DNA of 19,080 nucleotides from Candidatus Cloacimonadota bacterium (GTDB lineage: Bacteria; Cloacimonadota; Cloacimonadia; Cloacimonadales; WRIO01). The translations under genes and the position numbers were made by a program. Below the pieces are notes generated by a model, which worked only from the letters and a program-made list of their open reading frames with translations, did not search any database and was not told the DNA's origin. This document shows, piece by piece, positions 1-7,793 of the stretch. Position 1 is the stretch's first letter. Each line of letters opens with the position of its first letter. The stretch is from assembly GCA_029564175.1 (NCBI GenBank), contig JAKQQL010000281.1:1-19080 (forward strand). The letters are read 5' to 3'.

Positions 1-4
1 AGGG

Positions 5-286
5 TTACTTTAAAAATTGATAAAATTCACCTATTGGTAGTCCAGTCATTCTATCACCATTACCAGTATACGACATCATAAGATGTTCAGCAAATGCACC
101 TTTGTTCTTTTCTTTCATTCCAAGATGTTTTGCAATTGTATCAGCAAGTTCATCAAAGTCTCTATCTTTTGGATTTTTGATTTTTATATCAAAATCTTTT
201 AATTCTTTCTGAACATACATCCTATCAACGCTGCCAGCTTCCTCAACTTTCACAATCTTGTTTTCTTTCAATACATACTTTGTCAT
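5..286 (-). CDS. Small protein with shared N-terminal leader (MTKYVLKENKIVKVEE); paralog of 5443..5658; candidate internal head/injected protein
   Basis: 93-aa ORF with AAGGAG RBS. Leader shared with 300..896 and 13820..14410. Body aligns with 5443..5658 (DRMYVQKE/DRMFVQKE, KNP, DFxELA, AEHLMM, FxxFL). Confidence 0.8.
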   Translation of the reverse strand: MTKYVLKENKIVKVEEAGSVDRMYVQKELKDFDIKIKNPKDRDFDELADTIAKHLGMKEKNKGAFAEHLMMSYTGNGDRMTGLPIGEFYQFLK

Positions 287-299
287 TTTTATTTCTCCT

Positions 300-896
300 T
301 TATTTAAAATATTTCTTCAAAATTTGTTCTGATTTTTTATTTTCTAAAATAGCATTCAAAACACCTTGATAAATTTCATTTATATTTTTCTTTGGAAATC
401 CACTGAATGTTTTTCCTGTTTTAAAATCAACAACTGAATATCCATCAAAAGTTCCTCTTACATTTACCTTCATGATATTGATGTCATCAAAAATAGTCAA
501 TGTATTTGATACATCAAAATTTGCTGTGTCAAAAAATTCTTTTGTTGCTTTCTTTGAAATTTCTTTTTCAATAATCTTATAAAGTTCTTTTGTGAAGTTC
601 CAATCTATATTGACAAAAACAAATGTATTTCCTCCTGAAAGAATTTCACCTGAATATTTGTCATAATCTATCTTTTCCTTAGTTTTTGCAATTTGTTCAA
701 GCTCTGTTTTATATTGAAGTGCATTTGTTGATTTAATTGAAATGTCAACAGATGAATAACTTCTTGCAGTGATTGACACATCTCTTGATGTGAGCCCATA
801 TTTTTCTTTGACTATATCTCTGAATATTTTTGCAATGTCTTTTGTGCTTTCATATTCTCTCAAAATCTTGTTTTCATCAATTCTGTACTTTGCCAT
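300..896 (-). CDS. Hypothetical protein with shared N-terminal leader (MAKYRIDENKILREYE); candidate internal head/injected protein
   Basis: 198-aa ORF with AAGGAG RBS. 28-bp identity (864-891) with the 5' end of the DUF285 gene. Contains YSGEILSGGNTFVFV; function unknown. Confidence 0.8.
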   Translation of the reverse strand: MAKYRIDENKILREYESTKDIAKIFRDIVKEKYGLTSRDVSITARSYSSVDISIKSTNALQYKTELEQIAKTKEKIDYDKYSGEILSGGNTFVFVNIDWNFTKELYKIIEKEISKKATKEFFDTANFDVSNTLTIFDDINIMKVNVRGTFDGYSVVDFKTGKTFSGFPKKNINEIYQGVLNAILENKKSEQILKKYFK

Positions 897-907
897 TTGT
901 TTCTCCT

Positions 908-1456
908 TTATGTTATCTTAATATCCTTCGATGCTATTTCATCAACCCAAGGAAATCCTGATACTTCTGTTGTTGCAACTGGATACCCAAGATTTCCCAA
1001 ATGGAAATGCGTGGTGAGCCAAAGTTTCAATGTCTCAAGTCTCACAGCAGAATAAACATTTGTCCCATCCGATGAAACCTTCACAACTCCATCTTCAAGA
1101 ATCATCTTTGTCTTTGCATTCTTGTGAATCACTGTCACTTTGTCATCTTCAAAAATCACTTTGTGGTCTTTGATTTTCAATGTCTCTTTTCCTTCTCTCT
1201 TTGCAGTCTGTGATTTTGACTTCACTTTGCCAAAAACAAAAGGTTTCTGATTATCTGGATAGTCAAAGAATGAGATGACAATTAGGTCATCAACAGCAAG
1301 TTCTCCATCCCATCCATTGTCACCTTTTGAGAAGACTGAATCAACAAGAGGAATCCATGTCTCAGTTGTCATATCAGTTCTCAAAAACTTGACTTTGACC
1401 CTTCCTTTGTCTTCTGGGTCTTTTATGTCTGTCACTTGACATTGTTCATAGAGCAT
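908..1456 (-). CDS. Baseplate central spike protein (gpV / Gp5 N-terminal OB-fold type)
   Basis: N-terminal DPEDKGRVKVKF...WIP...DDLIVISF...PFVFG OB-fold pattern, beta-rich middle, and C-terminal HFH (HxH) motif typical of metal-binding spike tips. Confidence 0.85.
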   Translation of the reverse strand: MLYEQCQVTDIKDPEDKGRVKVKFLRTDMTTETWIPLVDSVFSKGDNGWDGELAVDDLIVISFFDYPDNQKPFVFGKVKSKSQTAKREGKETLKIKDHKVIFEDDKVTVIHKNAKTKMILEDGVVKVSSDGTNVYSAVRLETLKLWLTTHFHLGNLGYPVATTEVSGFPWVDEIASKDIKIT

Positions 1457-1483
1457 GTTTATTTCTCTTTCTTCTCTTCTTCT

Positions 1484-1497
1484 TTATTTATTTATTT
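1484..1497 (-). promoter_or_regulatory. Putative late promoter AAATAAATAA upstream of the spike gene
   Basis: Same decamer at 3356, 11029 and 14442, each about 28-39 nt before a downstream start; resembles the T4 late promoter TATAAATA. Confidence 0.5.
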
Positions 1498-1765
1498 CTT
1501 TGCCCTTGTTTCTAATTTGATTGAGATTTCTCTCATGACAACTAATGATTGCAATAAGGTTGTCAATGAGTCTTTTTGTCATAGCAAGATTGTTGTGTCT
1601 GATGAGCAAGTTTTCTTCCTCACTCTTTTCAGATGACAAATCTTCAAGAACAACATCAACAAGTTGTGGGCATGAATATTCTGGAATGTTTGTCTGATAG
1701 ACAACTCTTGGTGTTGACTGACATGACAAAAGGAAAAGCAATGCAACAAATATGATGTATCTCAT
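1484..1765 (-). CDS. Lipoprotein, probable o-spanin (Rz1-like)
   Basis: MRYIIFVALLFLLS-C signal peptide with lipobox, then IPEYSCP and a helical segment; ATGA overlap with the upstream TM/coiled-coil gene. Confidence 0.7.
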   Translation of the reverse strand: MRYIIFVALLFLLSCQSTPRVVYQTNIPEYSCPQLVDVVLEDLSSEKSEEENLLIRHNNLAMTKRLIDNLIAIISCHERNLNQIRNKGKEINK

Positions 1766-2223
1766 TTCTCACCCCACCAATTTAAATTGTATTGAACAGT
1801 TGAACTCTTTGGATTAACACTCTCTTTGATTGAATGCCATTGTTTATTCTCATATTGATAAAGTTTCTCAAGGTCTTCTTTGCTTCTCTCTGAGTTGACA
1901 TACTCTTTGATGACTTCTTTGTTGTTTGTGATTGTTTCTTTGTACTTTGTTTCAGATGTCTTTTCCTGAGATGTCAAATCCTCAAAGATTTTCATTGAGG
2001 TGTTTTGAATCTGAATGATTTCATCTCTGCTCTTGACAACTTCTTCCATCACAGCAAGCTCTTTCTGAAGTTCTTTTTTGTCATCCTCAAGATTTGAATT
2101 GTTTGCTCTAAGAATCCAAATGTATATTGCAAGAGCAATGATGATGCCTGCAATAAGAATTTGTTTCCAATAGGTTTTGATGAATTGAAAAATAATTCCT
2201 GCTATTTCTGAAAATATCATCAT
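1762..2223 (-). CDS. Probable i-spanin (Rz-like)
   Basis: Single N-terminal TM segment (ILIAGIIIALAIYIWIL) followed by a long coiled coil; directly upstream of a lipoprotein gene. Confidence 0.7.
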   Translation of the reverse strand: MMIFSEIAGIIFQFIKTYWKQILIAGIIIALAIYIWILRANNSNLEDDKKELQKELAVMEEVVKSRDEIIQIQNTSMKIFEDLTSQEKTSETKYKETITNNKEVIKEYVNSERSKEDLEKLYQYENKQWHSIKESVNPKSSTVQYNLNWWGEK

Positions 2224-2540
2224 TTCACTCCTTTCTTATTTGACAACCAAATTTTTTCAATTGCTATTCTAACAGCCAGTGGAAGCATTGACAAACATCT
2301 ACAACCACCATTTGTTCTCATTCCATCCTTTGGTGTTGCAAACATGCAACTATTATCACCACAGTCAAGTTGTGATAATGCAGATATCAATTCACTGATA
2401 TAATTTTCTGATGGTTCATTAATTATGTAAATTCCATCACTGAGAATACTTCCACCCGAACAATATGGGCAACCACCAGTTGTCAAACTATTTTGGTTGA
2501 CCCAAGATTTACATCTGAAACATTGAACCATTCCACTCAT
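2220..2540 (-). CDS. Cysteine-rich hypothetical protein (likely zinc-binding)
   Basis: CFRC...CPYC at the N-terminus and CGDNSC...GMRTNGGCRC at the C-terminus; GAGG RBS; overlaps both neighbours. Confidence 0.7.
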   Translation of the reverse strand: MSGMVQCFRCKSWVNQNSLTTGGCPYCSGGSILSDGIYIINEPSENYISELISALSQLDCGDNSCMFATPKDGMRTNGGCRCLSMLPLAVRIAIEKIWLSNKKGVK

Positions 2541-2701
2541 CACTTTGCCTCTATCTTTTTGAGTATTAATAACAGAACTTTAAAAATGTGAATCAAAACA
2601 ACAACACCTGCGAATAATAATGTTTCTACAACATTGTTATTTATCATTACAATGAGAACAAAAAATAAACTCACCAAAAATATACACCAATGAAAAAACA
2701 T
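2540..2701 (-). CDS. Small two-TM membrane protein (holin candidate)
   Basis: Start reassigned to ATG 2701 after GAGGGGG. 53 aa, two hydrophobic segments, basic C-terminus (LKKIEAK), close to the spanins. Confidence 0.5.
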   Translation of the reverse strand: MFFHWCIFLVSLFFVLIVMINNNVVETLLFAGVVVLIHIFKVLLLILKKIEAK

Positions 2702-2711
2702 CACTTCCCCC

Positions 2712-3317
2712 TCACAGTAAAAATAAATCATCATCTTTCTCACAGTCAAGATTCATTCTTGCTATGACTTTTTCCTGAATCTTCATACAGATAAAATTTT
2801 CCATCTCTTCAAAAACAACATCTGTCTTTTTGATATATGGATGGTTTTCTTTTTCCTTATTGAATGCAAATCTGAAGGTGTATTTCATCAACTGTTTGAA
2901 TCCTTCAGAATATTCAAGTCCGTCAATTAAATCATCAAGATGAACGATTGCTGGCTTCTCAAGTTGTCTCTGATTTTTGATTTGTTCCTTGACATCTTCA
3001 AGTCCGTCATCAAAAGACGATTTGAACAAGAGAACATTAAGACAGATTCCACATGGAAGTTCAATCATTGGATTGTCCATGAATGGTTCAATTGGAAGAG
3101 CTTTGAAGTCATCCAACAGATATGGATATATTCTTTGATGTTTGATTGGATAAGCAAGATTCTTTTTCATTGCTGAGACAAGTTCATTCCAATCTTTGAT
3201 GAGTCTTGTCATGTTCACTTTTCCTAACATAGAAGGATTCTTGATTTTTCTTTTTTCAAGTGCTTCTTGAGTTGATTCAATTTCAGCAATTGATTGTAGT
3301 TCATCATGGTCTGTCAT
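2712..3317 (-). CDS. Hypothetical protein
   Basis: 201-aa ORF with AGGA RBS, downstream of a putative late-promoter motif; no family recognised. Confidence 0.75.
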   Translation of the reverse strand: MTDHDELQSIAEIESTQEALEKRKIKNPSMLGKVNMTRLIKDWNELVSAMKKNLAYPIKHQRIYPYLLDDFKALPIEPFMDNPMIELPCGICLNVLLFKSSFDDGLEDVKEQIKNQRQLEKPAIVHLDDLIDGLEYSEGFKQLMKYTFRFAFNKEKENHPYIKKTDVVFEEMENFICMKIQEKVIARMNLDCEKDDDLFLL

Positions 3318-3355
3318 TTTCTTTTCCTGAAAGAGTTAATAAAATCCTTCTGTTA

Positions 3356-3365
3356 TTATTTATTT
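3356..3365 (-). promoter_or_regulatory. Putative late promoter AAATAAATAA
   Basis: Recurring decamer, 39 nt before the 3317 start; overlaps the N-K-stop codons of the upstream ORF. Confidence 0.45.
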
Positions 3366-3514
3366 CTTTCAGCTTCTGCCTTTGATGCATATTCAATTTC
3401 TATTCCACAGTTTTCACATCTGACAATATATCTGTCACAATATGTTGTGCTCAGAAATCCAACTGTGTCTGCACCACAGAATTTACACTTTGAGAAATCT
3501 TTCGTCTCTGACAT
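3356..3514 (-). CDS. 52-aa zinc-finger protein, Lar (restriction alleviation)-like; not in the ORF track
   Basis: AAGGAGG RBS. Translates MSETKDFSKCKFCGADTVGFLSTTYCDRYIVRCENCGIEIEYASKAEAERNK*, with CxFCG...VxCxxCG. Confidence 0.7.
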   Translation of the reverse strand: MSETKDFSKCKFCGADTVGFLSTTYCDRYIVRCENCGIEIEYASKAEAERNK

Positions 3515-3669
3515 CTCTTTCCTCCTTCTGGTTGAGCATATTCTTTTCTTGCAAGCACTTCTTCAAGAAATTCAAAATAGAGTTTTGTTGGAAGACCTCT
3601 TTTTGTCAGAGCCGTGTGTTTGAAGTTTCTTTCAAACTGTTCTCTGAGTTTTTCAACATTCCTTTTCAT
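3451..3669 (-). CDS. Hypothetical protein
   Basis: Start reassigned to ATG 3669 (MKRNVEK) after GGAGG; 3' end overlaps the Lar-like ORF by 64 nt. Confidence 0.6.
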   Translation of the reverse strand: MKRNVEKLREQFERNFKHTALTKRGLPTKLYFEFLEEVLARKEYAQPEGGKRCQRRKISQSVNSVVQTQLDF

Positions 3670-3937
3670 CGTCCACCTCCACAAAAGTTTCAAAATGCTT
3701 TCTTGTCAGTTTCTTTAGAATGTAGAAAACTTGCTCTTTCCAAATAAATCTCATCTCATCTGGGTCATCATAATCCTCATCAGTTTCAACAATCTCACCA
3801 TATGGCAATTCGTTGTCAAGAAGCAAATCTACACCATAAAAGTTAAAAACCCACATTCCACAACCACATGCACATTTTTTGAAATCATTTGGAAATCTTT
3901 TTTGAATTTCTTCTATTGACATCAACTTGACTCTCAT
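3653..3937 (-). CDS. Hypothetical protein with CACGCG motif
   Basis: GGAGGG RBS before TTG-ATG; first gene behind a sigma70-like promoter. Confidence 0.7.
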   Translation of the reverse strand: MRVKLMSIEEIQKRFPNDFKKCACGCGMWVFNFYGVDLLLDNELPYGEIVETDEDYDDPDEMRFIWKEQVFYILKKLTRKHFETFVEVDDEKEC

Positions 3938-3965
3938 CAACCCTCCAAAACGATTTACAATTTTT

Positions 3966-3993
3966 ATAATAATGAAAAAATTCCAAAAATCAA
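3966..3993 (-). promoter_or_regulatory. Sigma70-like early promoter TTGATT-N16-TATTAT
   Basis: Intergenic; shares AAAAACTTGATTTTT with the promoter at 5699-5727. Confidence 0.55.
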
Positions 3994-3997
3994 GTTT

Positions 3998-5245
3998 TTA
4001 TACAACTATTGAAAGAACGACATGTCCTTCTCTTGTTTTCTGTTCTGATTTTGGATTATAACAGTTCTCAAACTCAAGAATTCCATATCCCTTGTTTTCT
4101 GCTTCCTGAAGGTCGATTCTGATTGAGTTGATGGAATCCTTTCTGACAAAGTGAATGTTCTGACTTGCTCTTCCTGGAACATTCAGTTTTCTCTCAGAAT
4201 AAGCATTTGCACCAACAAGTGAACCACTCCTTGCATGAAGGTCACCAATCTGACAAGAATGAACATGTCCAAAAATGATGTAATCGAGCAGGATGTCGAA
4301 ACTTGAGAATCTTCCAAATGTTCTTTGAATCTCTTGTTCTGAACCACCTTTCAATGCAAGTCCATGAGTGAAGAGAATTTTCTTTCCATGAAGTTCAATC
4401 ACCTGTTCCATTGGATTACCAAACATGAATGTCACACCATCACAATCTTTGAACAGCATTGAGAGGATGTTGAAAATTGTTGAATCATAATTATTTGTTG
4501 CCATGTACTCTGAGAATCCAAGTTCTTGGTCAAGCCTGCTCTCATTTCCTGTCACAGAAAGAACATGAATGTTGTAGTCCTCATTCAAGTCAAGAATGAA
4601 AGATTTCAAAAGGTCTATTGCCATGATTGTTGCATTTGCTCTGTTAGTTGACTGATTCAACAGCTCGTCCATTCTTCTGTCTGAATTCATGAGGTCACCT
4701 GTGAATGCTATTATGACTTCAGATGTTCCATCACCAATCAGTTTCTTTGCTTCATGTGCAAACTTTCTCATTCTTCTTGATGCAACATCAAAATTGTATT
4801 TGTTGTTCACCATGTCAACGAGTTCATTGAAATGGGTGTCAGAGATTTGAACAATTGCTGTCATCTCTTCATTTTTGATTGGATGAGCATATGACAATCC
4901 TGTGAAACAGTGTTCATTAAGAATTGCAATCAACTGCTCATTGTAGTCAGAAAGTGCATTTTCAATTCTTGCATGTTCTCTGAACGCTTTTCTTTCGATT
5001 CTGTTTGTGTCCATGAATCTCTGAGTTCTTTTTGCAAGTTTGACATTTTCTTTGACAAGTTCTTCATCGGGTTCATCAAGTGATTCAATCCAGTCGTGGA
5101 ATGCCTTCTTTGCAATTTCTCGCCAAGCATAAAATGAAGTTTTGCTGACACCAAGAGTTTCCTCTATAAAAGATTCAACAAGGACACCTTCTTCCTTTGC
5201 TTTCTTTTTCATGATTTCAAGTGCTTGAGTTTTTGTGAATTCCAT
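3998..5245 (-). CDS. Calcineurin-like metallophosphoesterase with N-terminal HTH and coiled coil
   Basis: Motifs SDTH, GDLMN, GNE (usually GNH), THG, GHVH; N-terminal LGVSKTSFYAW. Start reassigned to ATG 5245 after GGAG. Confidence 0.85.
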   Translation of the reverse strand: MEFTKTQALEIMKKKAKEEGVLVESFIEETLGVSKTSFYAWREIAKKAFHDWIESLDEPDEELVKENVKLAKRTQRFMDTNRIERKAFREHARIENALSDYNEQLIAILNEHCFTGLSYAHPIKNEEMTAIVQISDTHFNELVDMVNNKYNFDVASRRMRKFAHEAKKLIGDGTSEVIIAFTGDLMNSDRRMDELLNQSTNRANATIMAIDLLKSFILDLNEDYNIHVLSVTGNESRLDQELGFSEYMATNNYDSTIFNILSMLFKDCDGVTFMFGNPMEQVIELHGKKILFTHGLALKGGSEQEIQRTFGRFSSFDILLDYIIFGHVHSCQIGDLHARSGSLVGANAYSERKLNVPGRASQNIHFVRKDSINSIRIDLQEAENKGYGILEFENCYNPKSEQKTREGHVVLSIVV

Positions 5246-5314
5246 TCTTTGATTCTCCAAAATGTTAGTCAACTTTCTTATTTATTACAAACAACAAATA
5301 TCACTTTTAATAAT

Positions 5315-5335
5315 TTATCTATTTTATTTTAAAAA
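5315..5335 (-). promoter_or_regulatory. Conserved 21-bp intergenic motif TTTTTAAAATAAAATAGATAA (putative phage promoter), copy 1
   Basis: Identical copies at 10896-10916 and 17821-17841, near-identical copy at 13779-13797; all intergenic. Confidence 0.65.
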
Positions 5336-5442
5336 ACAAGCAATAACATCAATCATCTTTCTTTTAGCTCTATAATGGGTTATCTGAGTTGCTAAAACCC
5401 GTCTAAAAGTTAAAAACAAACTTTATGAATAGTAATTAACAC

Positions 5443-5658
5443 CTACCTCAAAAAACGAATAAAATCGTCTATTACAATATTGTCAAATAACATCATAAGA
5501 TGTTCGGCAAGTTCAAGATGTTTCTTAGTTTTGTGGTGTCTTGTGATTCTGTATGCAAGTTCAACAAAATCATCAGGAAGAGGATTTTTGTGATTCCTCT
5601 TGAAACTCATCATTTCTTTCTGAACAAACATTCTATCAAACTGGATTTCCTTTCTCAT
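5443..5658 (-). CDS. Small protein, leaderless paralog of 5..286
   Basis: Start reassigned to ATG 5658 after GGAGGT; 71 aa; aligns over its full length with residues ~17-93 of 5..286. Confidence 0.8.
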   Translation of the reverse strand: MRKEIQFDRMFVQKEMMSFKRNHKNPLPDDFVELAYRITRHHKTKKHLELAEHLMMLFDNIVIDDFIRFLR

Positions 5659-5698
5659 AACAACCTCCAATCAATTAAAATAAACAACTCACAAACTG

Positions 5699-5727
5699 AT
5701 TATAATTGATTGAAATTGAAAAATCAA
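5699..5727 (-). promoter_or_regulatory. Sigma70-type early promoter TTGATT-N17-TATAAT
   Basis: Perfect -10 (5699-5704), 4/6 -35 (5722-5727), 17-nt spacer, 41 nt upstream of the 5658 start. Confidence 0.75.
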
Positions 5728-5731
5728 GTTT

Positions 5732-6733
5732 TTAAAACAAAATATTTTTATTTTCTGTTCGAATTAGTTCGGGAACATTCCACTTTGGTGGGAACATGAA
5801 TTCAATTTTATTGTTATTTTCTTTGAATTTATTCTTCATTCTTTTGCCATAGACACCTTCAGACTTTATTCCAAGAGCACGAATGTATTTGTCTGTCTCA
5901 CAAAAACAATTTTGGAAATCAATCAATGTCGGTCTTCTTCCTGGAAGTATTCTCATCATCAAATCTTCATCATGTTTTTCAGAATATTCTTTAACAAGTT
6001 CTTCATAATTCTCTTCAACAAATTTTATTATATCCGCAAAATCAAATCCTTTTACTTCTTCAATGTCAAATGTTCTCTTTATTCCTCTTACTGCTCCATG
6101 TCCTGGAAAAACAAAATCATTTTCACTGAAGTTAAAAATCTCTGAATAATTCCAATCAATTGTGTATTGATATCCAATGAAATTTCCGGAGTAAGGAAGA
6201 ACAGAAAATTTCTCAAAAACTTCTTTCATTGTTTTTGATTCCAATAAATCATCAACCATTGAAAAATGATATTTCTTAAAGATGTGGAAATATTTAAGAT
6301 GTTTTCTTTTTATATCCAAGGTCTCTCCACTTTGCCCACTCATCATGTATGCATTGGAGTATAGAGTTTCCCCTGCTATAAATTTCTGGTCTAAAAATTT
6401 ACCAATTATGTCAATGTCAGGATTATTGAATTTTATGTCACCAAATTCATTGATAAGCAATTCCCATGTTTCATTTTTATTGAAATGTTTGAAAAGAAGA
6501 ATTCTCCAGAACATATCCTTTTTACTATATTCTTTGCCATTGTAAATGACATTTCTTAACAGATATTGAGAAACTCTGTCAAGAACTCTGTAAACATTTG
6601 TGAATTTATTTTGTTGAAAAATAGCATCATTTGTGTAGATGTCTTTACCTTCCAACCTGTTCCAGAAAATGTTCATTCTTTCTTTCATAAAGTAAAGATA
6701 ATAATAGAAAAAATCATTTGGTTTAAAGTTCAT
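5732..6733 (-). CDS. 5-hmdU DNA kinase, helical-domain family (aGPT-Pplase1 / 5-HMUDK-like)
   Basis: ERMNIF..R, KFTNVYRVLDRVSQY, LFKHFN, NAYMM, FIGYQ, GHGAVRG and QNCFCETDKY match this family as I know it; AGGAG RBS; context supports it. Confidence 0.85.
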   Translation of the reverse strand: MNFKPNDFFYYYLYFMKERMNIFWNRLEGKDIYTNDAIFQQNKFTNVYRVLDRVSQYLLRNVIYNGKEYSKKDMFWRILLFKHFNKNETWELLINEFGDIKFNNPDIDIIGKFLDQKFIAGETLYSNAYMMSGQSGETLDIKRKHLKYFHIFKKYHFSMVDDLLESKTMKEVFEKFSVLPYSGNFIGYQYTIDWNYSEIFNFSENDFVFPGHGAVRGIKRTFDIEEVKGFDFADIIKFVEENYEELVKEYSEKHDEDLMMRILPGRRPTLIDFQNCFCETDKYIRALGIKSEGVYGKRMKNKFKENNNKIEFMFPPKWNVPELIRTENKNILF

Positions 6734-6742
6734 CTTGTTCTC

Positions 6743-7792
6743 CTAAAATAAATCGAATTGTGTTTCTTTATATTCATCATCGTCAAAAAATAAATGTAAA
6801 TTTGTTATGATTCCTTGTTGTAGGAATAATTCTTGAAGATTCAATTTTGGTTCAAAATAATTTTTGTTCTCACAAAGAAGTTCTTCTCTTAGACATTCCT
6901 TTCTACATTGCCAGAAAACATTCCAGTCTATTCCATTCCAACCCTTTGATTCAGCAAATTTAATTTGTGAACAATCTCTATCAAGATAAAATCCAAAATA
7001 TCTTCTTTTCCTGAAAAATCCTTTATATGCACACAATGCTGTTTCCATAGAAAAATAATCAATTAAATTACTAACATCTGGAAATTCAACTTTCATTTCT
7101 TTTATTAATTTATCACCCTCTTCTTTTAAATATTCTATCATCCAAGATTTATATTTAAAATCAGGATTTTTCTTTGATAAATCCCACTCATCTTTACCTA
7201 ATGCATAACACAATCCATTTCTATGAGATTTACTTCCTGGAATATCTTCCAAAAATAAACTATCACACTCTATATTCAAACCATTACATCGTTTCAAAGT
7301 CTCTGTATAAAAGAATGTTGAGTATCTACCAAAAAGATAAAAATTTTCTCTTATATAATCCCACAGAATTCTAAAGTTGACCTTCGGGTCATCATAACAA
7401 CATATTGTGTTAAAAAACTCTTCTTGAGTTTTATTTCCAACTGCTTTTTTATAACAAACAAATGCTTCATGTATTTTACATTTTTTGTGTCTTGTATCCG
7501 TTTCAAATTGCATTCTTTTATAATTTTTTATTTCCCATTCTTTTAATCTATCAACATCAACATTTTCAAAATCAGGAAATTCATTAAAGACAACCCATGC
7601 AGTTGCTCCATTATAAATGAAACCATACAACCAAGAAAACCAAAACATCTGTTCTTTGTTTAAATCAAATCTTTCATACAAATAATTTGCAGTGTAATAA
7701 AATGGGTCGTATTCTTCTGTTTTTAATATTCCATAAAAATATTTCTTAAATCCTTCTCTTCTATTCTCTTTTAATCTATAATCTTTGAACAT
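6743..7792 (-). CDS. Amino acid:DNA transferase (aGPT-Pplase2 / AADT-like)
   Basis: FWFSWLYG, ETDTRH, FGRYSTFFYTE, SHRNGL, METALCAYK. Start reassigned to ATG 7792 (MFKDYRL) after AGGT, just past the upstream stop. Confidence 0.85.
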   Translation of the reverse strand: MFKDYRLKENRREGFKKYFYGILKTEEYDPFYYTANYLYERFDLNKEQMFWFSWLYGFIYNGATAWVVFNEFPDFENVDVDRLKEWEIKNYKRMQFETDTRHKKCKIHEAFVCYKKAVGNKTQEEFFNTICCYDDPKVNFRILWDYIRENFYLFGRYSTFFYTETLKRCNGLNIECDSLFLEDIPGSKSHRNGLCYALGKDEWDLSKKNPDFKYKSWMIEYLKEEGDKLIKEMKVEFPDVSNLIDYFSMETALCAYKGFFRKRRYFGFYLDRDCSQIKFAESKGWNGIDWNVFWQCRKECLREELLCENKNYFEPKLNLQELFLQQGIITNLHLFFDDDEYKETQFDLF

Positions 7793-7793
7793 A

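Noticed and set aside
3451..3470. C-terminal QTQLDF of the 3451..3669 ORF as a clamp-binding motif
   Set aside because: It is encoded in a frame overlapping the Lar-like gene and may be incidental, so it was not counted.
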